Assembly (NCBI GenBank): GCA_965645245.1
Contig: OZ287067.1
Span: 124,001-188,000 of the forward strand
Direction: 5' to 3'
Length of the DNA stretch: 64,000 nucleotides
Origin: Massalongia carnosa
Taxonomy: Eukaryota
Under the pieces are notes generated by a model. That model was not told the origin of the DNA and searched no databases. It saw only the letters and a list, made by a program, of their open reading frames with translations. This document shows positions 56,026 to 64,000 of the stretch, piece after piece (positions within the stretch are counted from its first letter, which is position 1; every line of letters starts with the position of its first letter). Position numbers and translations under genes: made by a program.

Positions 56026-58754
56026 ATGGCCGGTAACACGCCAGTAGTCTCTACAGGCACGAAGGACTTCGGCACGATTTCTGGCAACCAAGGCGCTGTG
56101 ATCGGTGACGTCTCAGGCTATGCGAAAGTGATTGGTTTGCGTCCTGTTCATATCGATATTGATCTTATGCTAAATCCTGATTAGGCTCTCAGACAAACAA
56201 TATTGTTCAATATCCAGGCAAGTCGCCATTCACAATAATATAGCGTCCTGTGAGCCAAGGCTGATAGCATTCTGCGTTTGTAGAAAGACCCGATACCCCA
56301 CCAAGCCCATCATCTGCTGTTCGTTTCCCCCGCGACCCTGATTTCGTCGATCGCGGAACGCTACTTGATCAGATCCACGAAAAGTGCTCCGCGCCAGCAT
56401 CAAGGGTAGCGCTTGTCGGCCTAGGCGGCGTTGGGTAAGCCAAAGGGCCTCAGGCTAGTTCTAATAGCTTACTTTCGCAAAGAAAGTCGCAGCTTGCCAT
56501 CGAGTACTGCTATCGAATCAGAGAGCAGTTGCCGACGACGTGGGTGTTCTGGATACACGCTAGTAATGCAGCCCGTATCGAGCAAGGTTATCGGGATGTT
56601 GCAGAGCAAGTCAAGATTCCTGGCAGGGAGGACCCAAAGGCGGACATATTCCGGCTAGTTGACAAGTGGTTACGCGACGAAAAGAACGGAAAGTGGGCTC
56701 TGGTCCTCGACAATGCCGACGAAGCTACTGTGCTTTTCGAAACTCATGCTACAGGCCAGAAGGCGCAGGATTGCGGCATTAGAAGCGGGCTCACGCAATC
56801 ACTGTTAGCATATCTACCTCAGAGTCGAAACGGCTCGATTCTCATCACCTCCCGGACTAAAAGCGTGGCATTGCGGCTAGCAGAAGAAAGAGACATAATA
56901 CCGGTTGAGCCGATGGACGATACACATGCGCTAGCGCTCCTTGAAAAGAAGCTGGGAGAACAGATGGACAGAGATGATACTGCTGAGCTAGCAGCAGCAC
57001 TCGAATTCATGCCGCTTGCCATCGTTCAAGCGGCCGCATACATTCGACAAAGAGTACCAAGATATTCTGTTCGACAATACATAAAAGAGTTCTATAAAAA
57101 TGATAAAAGAAAGACTAGTCTGTTGAATCACGAAGCGGGACATCTTCGCAGGGACCTGGATGCTAAAAATTCAATCATTATAACCTGGCAAATATCGTTT
57201 GATCATATTCATCAGATCAAGCCTTCGGCAGCTAATCTGCTGTCGCTTATGAGCTTTTTCGATCGACAGGGAATTCCTGAGGCTTTACTCAAGACACAAA
57301 ACGAGGCAGGAAATGAAAATACGGGAGAAAATGCTGGAAATGACGAAGATGATGACCACGAAGACGATAGCAATAAGGATACCGTATCCGATTCCAGCGT
57401 CGACGAGTTTGAAGACGACATACTTGTCTTGAGAAACTTCTCGTTCATCACCATCAGCATAGATGAAACCACCTTTGAGATGCACGGGCTAGTGCAGCTA
57501 GCGATCAGAAAGTGGCTAGAAGCATCCAATCAGCTCGAAAGATGGAAGCAGCAATACATCAAGAATCTCTGTACAGTATTTCCGACGGGAAATTACGAGA
57601 ATTGGACAAAGTGTCAAGCGCTTTTTCCTCACGCAAAGTCGGCAGTAGCGCAGGAGCCAGCTGTCGAAAGCTCATTACAAGACTGGGCCTTGATACTATA
57701 TCACGCTGCATGGTATGCGTGGGCGAAAGGGAGTTACGCTGAAGCAGCGACAATGGCCCTAAAAGCAAAAAGAACCAGGCAAAAAGTGCTTGGTCCAGAG
57801 GATGAAGAGACATTGAATAGTATGGCTATGCTAGCCTTGGCATACAAGGGACAAGGACGATGGACGAAGGCCGAAGAGCTGCAGGTGCAAGTGATGAAGA
57901 CGAGTGCGAGGGTGCTAGGGGCGGAGCATTCTTCCACGCTGATCAGCATGGCCAATCTTGCGTCGACGTACAGGGATCAAGGACGATGGACGGAGGCCGA
58001 AGAGCTGGAGGTGCAAGTGATGGAGACGAGTGCGAGGGTGCTAGGGGCAGAGCATCCAGACACGCTGACTAGCATCGCCAATCTTGCGTCGACGTACAGG
58101 AATCAAGGACGATGGACGGAGGCCGAAGAGCTGGACGTGCAAGTGATGGAGACGAGAAAGAGGGTGCTAGGGGCGGAGCATCCTTCCACGCTGACTAGCA
58201 TGGCCAATCTTGCGTCGACGTACAGGAATCAAGGACGATGGACGGAGGCCGAAGAGCTGGAGGTGCAAGTGATGGAGACGAGTGCGAGGGTGCTAGGGGC
58301 AGAGCATCCAGACACGCTGACTAGCATCGCCAATCTTGCGTCGACGTACAGGAATCAAGGACGATGGACGGAGGCCGAAGAGCTGGACGTGCAAGTGATG
58401 GAGACGAGAAAGAGGGTGCTAGGGGCGGAGCATCCAGACACGCTGACTAGCATGGCCAATCTTGCGTCGACGTACAGGAATCAAGGACGATGGACGGAGG
58501 CCGAAGAGCTGGAGGTGCAAGTGATGGAGACGAGTGCGAGGGTGCTAGGGGCAGAGCATCCTTCCACGCTGACTAGCATGAGCAACCTTGCATTTACGTG
58601 GAAGTCTCAAGGCCGCAATGATGAGGCTCTCTCACTGCTAAAGGAATGTTTTCAGCTCCAAAAACACAAGCTGGGTCCTCAACATTCTCATACAGAGTCT
58701 TCGCTTAAGTATCTCAATGAGTGGCAGATGGAGAGTTTATCATTGGAGTCTTAA
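56026..58754 (+). CDS. NLR-like STAND protein: short putative amyloid N-terminus, NB-ARC, TPR
   Basis: Exons 56026-56134, 56185-56217, 56284-56434 and 56483-58754 give an open frame: ERPDTPPSP linker, FVDR, Walker A VGLGGVGKS, Walker B LVLDNAD, MPLAIVQAAAYI, MHGLVQ, TPR array. Confidence 0.92.
57852..58607 (+). repeat. 126-bp near-identical TPR-coding tandem repeat (6 units)
   Basis: Units start at 57852, 57978, 58104, 58230, 58356 and 58482. Confidence 0.97.
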
Positions 58755-58989
58755 AGCGATTCATATAATTCAGAACTAAATCCTATTACCCTTGAAACCT
58801 ATCCTGATCTTCTTAGCGGTTGATGAACAAGGCAGTGTAAGAATACTACTTTTTATTTTCTCCAAAGCTGAAAGTTTAAAACGTGAATGACAGAATGATC
58901 GAGCTCGCTGACGCACGCGACTACCCCTAGGTTTTACACTCGCCCGCGTTAGCAGAGAGGCCTAAGCGGTGCGCTCTAACTGTTCCAAA

Positions 58990-59205
58990 TAGTAGGAAGT
59001 CGTCAAACCCTCTCCCTTGAGCATTCACCTCCGCGCCCTTGTCCAGCAACATCTCCACAACCTTCTTGTGGCCTAGTTCTGCTGCCCAAATTAACGCTGT
59101 CCGCCAGTGCTGATCTTGTGCCTCCAGATCTACCAATTTAGCATCCTCGATCATTCTCAGGATGACTTCGTATTCATTGAACGCTGCAAGCCTGTTGTCA
59201 TTCAT
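58990..59205 (-). pseudogene. Ankyrin-repeat gene remnant
   Basis: QDQHWRTALIWAAELGHKKVVEMLLDKGAEVNAQG. Confidence 0.8.
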
Positions 59206-59379
59206 GACCGGCTGATCTTCATATCGTGATAAAGCCCGCCACAGTAAGGGAAATCATAGTCGAGGTTAATTATCTTCTCCTCAGCTTAGTTCACAGTCCC
59301 TTGACATATCTGCATCTTTCAACCCGAAAGTAGCATAAGTAGCATTTCGGAAATGGGCCGTCTGATGTTTAGAACCTGA

Positions 59380-62300
59380 TGTTATCAAAAGGCAGTATAG
59401 TAATATATAGTCAATAGAGGATAGAACGCTTGCTTTTGTTCTATATAGTGGGAATAGCTAGATTTATAGACAATGTACGGTATCCTAGTATTAGACTAGC
59501 GATACGTCTAGCCATTAGTTAGCGTGCGCCATACTCGTGCGGTAGAAGGTGAGTGCGGCTGAAATGAAGTAGCCTGATTTGTACATTCTAACACTCCCAC
59601 TCAGGCACTGAAATAGCTCTCCCACATGATAAAGAGAAATTCAATAACTCCCACATACTCCAGTATAATATCATGCTTCCTAGTGGATCACCTGCAGGTG
59701 AGTCAGTGTACTCCGCAGGCTAATGCTGCTGGTGATGTACGAAAACACCCCCGCAGGCTCAGCTGTGGGTGATACTTTTTTTCGGGGGTTAAGGTCGGAT
59801 TTTTACGACAAAGGGCTTCTGGTTTTACTTTAAGCCTAAAGCCCTTCGAAAGACAACAAATTTATCGTTTGGTAGGGCCTTGATTAGGCCGACAGCTACC
59901 TGCTCTTCGGTAGGAACATAGCGAAATTCCACTGATTTGTCTTCGATCTTCTCTCTTTGGTAGTGCCATTGGATGTCGATATGCTTGCTCCGCGCGTGTG
60001 CCTGGGGATTTCTGGCCAAAGCCATTGCTCCTTGATTGTCGCAGTGAATGATGATAGCGTTTAGGGCGAAAGATATAGGCAAGTAGGCAAGGGCTACAGA
60101 GGTGCTCTGGGTTTGGATATAGTTATTCCCAAGGACTTGAGGTGTTGAGAGTTGGTCGAGAAGACTAGACAACCAGGCGGCTTCCTTGGTGGCTTGGTCT
60201 GACCCATGTACTCGACTTCGCATGAAGATAGGGCTACGGTCGGTTGTCGTTTGGAAGACAAGCTAATAGCGCCACTACCAACATTAACACGAAGCCAGAG
60301 GTAGTAGACCTTCGGGTATGATGATCTGCGGCCCAATCCGCGTCAGTGTAACAGTTCAAGGGTTGTAGGCAACCTTTGTATGTTAACTGCAACGGAAGAG
60401 TGCCCTTGATGTATCGAAAGATGCGTTTGACTGCCTTCCAGTGCGTGTCGGTCGGGTTCGAGGCATGGCGGCTGACCACCGGTACGATGTAGGCTAAGTC
60501 AGGCCTGGTGCCTAGCATAGCATACATGAGAGAGCCCACCGCTGATTGGTAGCGGAGGCGAGAGTCATCTGTGGCCTGATGGCCCTCTGGTGCAGCCTCC
60601 AGTCGCCCATCCATCGGGGTAGCCACGGGTTAAGTGTCCCACATGCCATGGTCGCGCATTACTTTTTCCAGATAGTCCTACTGACCAAGGCGAAGAATCC
60701 TGTTGGCCCGATCCCGAGTTATCGTCATGCCCAGGTAGTAATTGATAGGGCCTAAATTAAACATCGAGAACTCGTCGCTCAGCAGTTTCTTGACACATTG
60801 TATCTTTGAAGAAGAAGGGCCAGTGATGATTAAATCATCGACATAAATGGCTACGATAACCCCTTCTTTAACAAAAACGCTAAGGTCGGCATTGACTCGA
60901 ACGAAGTCATGCATGAGACTTGAAAAAAATAGTGATCGTGTCATACGAGATTCTAGACGACTGTTTCAGGCCATAAAGAGCTTTCTTCAACTTGCAAACT
61001 CTCGTTGACCCGTCATCAAGACCGGTTGGTTGCTCCACGTAGATTTCCTCGTCCACCCTTCCGTACAAGAAGGCTGATTTTACGTCCATTTGGTGAATTT
61101 CCTAGTCATTAGCTGCAGCGATAGCGAAGATGGCTTTATAGCTCATTGGCTTCACTACTGAAGCAAAAGTCTCATTGTAGTTAATGCTTTCACGTTGCTC
61201 AAAGCCTCTGACCACCCATCGAGCCTTGTAACGAAGAATCTCGCCAGCCGGGCCTCGTTTGGTTTTATAAACCCATTTGCCTCGCAGGGCTTTGCGGTCC
61301 GAGGGCAGGGAGGTGAGGATCCAGGTATTATTTTCGTTGATAGAGTCGATTTCTTCCTGCATTGCCCTTCGCCAATCCTTATCCTACCGACTGTCTACGG
61401 CCTGTTTATAGGATTTAGGCTCGTATGGCTCCGGGTCATTGGCTCTAGCAAGAAGGGCCAAAAAAGCTAGTGGGTCAGGCGAGGGGGCACGAAGTTTTGG
61501 GTGCTTAGAGAGGATATCTGCCTGGGACCGAGGCTCAGTGGGCCGTTGGTTTGCCAATGCCTCTTGTCTAGCGTTTGGTGGGAGAGGTCCAGTGGGAATT
61601 GATTCTATGGATTCATGAGCGTCGACTAAGTCCGTATGAGGGGCGTCCGTATGATGGGTAATTTTTTTGCTTTCTCGTTGGCGGTCCTGACTGTCCAACA
61701 TGTAAGGCTCTTTTAGTTTGAGAGAATGATAAGGAAGGAGGAGTTGGGGGATTATTATCTATCCACTGAACATTGGAATAACGCATGACCGCGCCCCGTG
61801 GATTTATCATTCGATAGATGTGATCGCCTTCGTATCCTACTACAGTACATTTGGTGGTTCGTTCCTGAAATTTCTTCCATCCGGTGGAGGGCTTGCGATT
61901 TTGCGCATAGCCAGTCTATCCTATTATCTATCCTTAGATGTTCTAGTTCTGGTAGGCTGCCGGTGTGAGACTTATAGGGGGTGATGGAGCGTCCCGCAGT
62001 CGGTCGTCGATTTCGTAGGTAGTTGGCGGTGAGAACCATTTCAGCCCAATATTTGATGTCGAGTTTAGTGCCTTCTCGCATGGTGCTGGCTAACTTGTGA
62101 AGCGTTTGACCTAGGCGCTCGGCTGTCCCGTTCATGAGTGGATTTCCCGGTACGGTAGGCTCCCACTGAATGCCATGCTCGTTTATGAAATTCTCGAAGT
62201 CTTTGGAGTCATACTCACCCCCGCAGTCCGATCGCAAGCGCTTAACTCGTTTGTCCACATATTCGTTTTGCTTCTTGTAGTTTTTAAAGCCTTGAAGGAC

Positions 62301-63660
62301 TCCGCTTTTGACGCGCAGTAAAGTGACGTGAGACCGTTTATCGAAATCGCAAAGAAAAGTCACCATATATTTGGCGCCATTCAAGGATTCTGGGAAAGGT
62401 CCTAGACATCGCTGTGAGTTAAGTCCAGCGGGTGCTTGCCTAGTTGGATGGGGGCCCGGTGTGGTTCTACTTGGGACTGAGCGATGGCGCACGGAGGACA
62501 GGCGTCTTGGGGCGGGGGCTTGATGAGGTCCATTCCTTTTGACATGCCAGCGAGCTTGAGAATGTTTTGATTTCCAAGATGGCCTAAACGAGCGTGCTAC
62601 ATTTTTATCGCCTCGCTATTAATTGCAGCGAGAGCGAGAGCGGCTTCAGAGACGTTCCACATGTTCAGGATATACAGATTGTTGTCCTGGCGGCGAGCAG
62701 TGATACCATAGTTCCCGATTTCAATTCCCTCTGGTACGATCTTCAGGGGACATCCATCTCGTTGTAATTGTCCTTGGGAAATGAGATTTAGGCCTCCGTC
62801 CGGAACGTATAACACATCGAAAAGAGGGAACTCCCGAAGACCCTTGTTACCGGCACACAGCAACATGATGTTACCTATTCCTTTGGGAATTAATACTCCT
62901 CCAATGCCTTGAATTGGTGGGCAATCGGATGTCTTGAATGAGGTGAAGATGGAGCGATCGTGGGTAATATGTTGGCTAGTTCCAGAGTCACAGATCCAGA
63001 GCTTAGATATTTTGGTTATATCCGCGGTGGCCATGTAGGCGCAGAAGGCTCCTTTGGTTGAGTCATTGTTTCCGGTTGGCTTTTGACTTTGACCTTGACT
63101 TTTGGAACTCCTGCGACGCTTATTGGACTTACGCCGTGAGTCTTGGTTAACGAGGTGTGGATATTTTTCATGACACTCGCTCTCTACGTGATAGTCCTTT
63201 CCGCAGTGGTTGCAATACTTGATGGTCTTGGTGATGATTCGAGAATGGGCTGTTCCAGGTTGAGCTCCGCGTTTGAAACTGCTGCCATTGCGATTACGGC
63301 CTTATCGTTGGACTTGCTTGGGTTGGTCACCGTGTTTTGGAAATGCTGCATAGCCTGACTTAATGTGTGCTTGAGTTCACCCATTTCATTGAAAGGATCA
63401 TGATCCTGAGCGTATCGTTCAAAATAGCTGTTGTATTCGAGGCATAAATTGGTATGAAAGCGATAGATAAGCCAGTTTTCGTCCAGGCTTAGCTTGCTTG
63501 AGAAGGTGCGAAGCTTATTGACCGTGGCGCGAAATTGGGTAATAGGGCTGCTGCAATCCGATAGGATAAGGTTGTCTAATTTTCTGAAGGTGTCATTGAG
63601 GAATCCCGAACCGCGAGGCTTATGGTTTGATTCAAGTGAAGCCATCATTGGGAGCGTTTG
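59380..63660 (-). mobile_element. Ty1/Copia LTR retrotransposon 4, 5'-truncated and degenerate
   Basis: 3' LTR 59380-59593 (TGTTA...TAACA) with PPT GAGTGGGAG; WICDSGTSQH, RSDCGGEY, RYKARWVVRG, DVKSAFL, YVDD, TDADWA, RSKHIDI. No 5' LTR or PBS. Confidence 0.92.
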
Positions 63661-63661
63661 G

Positions 63662-63863
63662 TCCCATGTCCAGGTTGGTTTTCACTCCGTCACCGCCGAG
63701 CCCGTGGACGAAGACAATACTGTATGGTCAGTACCAAACAACCCGGACGAGACATGACATCTGGTGCGTACTATATTCGCGTCTGGAGAATCAAAGAGGG
63801 GGTCGCCTAATCCGTACAGTTCGGCCGTGCTGGCGTTGTCATCGCAACACAGAGGAGTCGTAC
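63662..63863 (-). pseudogene. Diverged duplicate of the 5' end of the SesB-like hydrolase gene
   Basis: Aligns to ~55520-55720 (exon 1, intron 1, IVFVHGLGGD...WTW). ATG changed to ACG; fused to Copia 4 gag. Confidence 0.9.
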
Positions 63864-64000
63864 GAAGGTTCGGGTGAAAAGTATTGACGGATTAAGCGAG
63901 AAAATCAAAATCGATCTGTCAATCTCAACAATCAAAAATATTACACCTTAAGTTTAACATGATTATTTTTACAATTGATAGCAAAGTCAGATGTACGTAT

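Noticed and set aside
57852..58607. Regular repeats as a CRISPR array (also 31274-31727)
   Set aside because: Contiguous 126-bp in-frame TPR units with no unique spacers; eukaryotic context.
1..64000. tRNA, rRNA or other structured RNA genes; many short antisense ORFs
   Set aside because: No RNA gene recognised by eye; short ORFs are shadows of TE and NLR coding regions.

Overview
Eukaryotic window from a filamentous ascomycete (short GT-AG introns with CTRAY branch sites, fungal TE families). Most of it is nested transposable elements: three Ty3/Gypsy elements, four Ty1/Copia elements (one apparently intact), a full-length Tad1-like LINE, Tc1 and pogo/Fot1 DNA transposons, two MULEs, two hAT-like non-autonomous elements and two tyrosine-recombinase (DIRS/Ngaro-like) remnants. 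Host genes form a fungal immune (NLR) island: (i) an all-in-one SesB-like hydrolase-NB-ARC-TPR gene (28.65-31.87 kb); (ii) a head-to-head pair 344 bp apart, made of an NB-ARC-TPR receptor with only a short N-terminal peptide (56.0-58.75 kb) and a stand-alone SesB-like hydrolase (54.4-55.7 kb, minus). After manual splicing, the receptor N-terminus and the hydrolase C-terminus share a G/N/S-rich motif, the layout of a two-component amyloid-signalling system. By eye the motif does not clearly match HET-s, sigma or PP. Also present: a doubly truncated NRPS remnant, two ankyrin remnants and a partial duplicate of the hydrolase. Notable TE oddities: a Copia whose integrated ends are CTTTG...CAAAG, another ending TG...TA, Tf1-type self-priming signatures, and -1 frameshift signals. 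All coordinates, splice models and alignments were derived by eye. Several frameshifts sit in homopolymers and may be sequencing errors.
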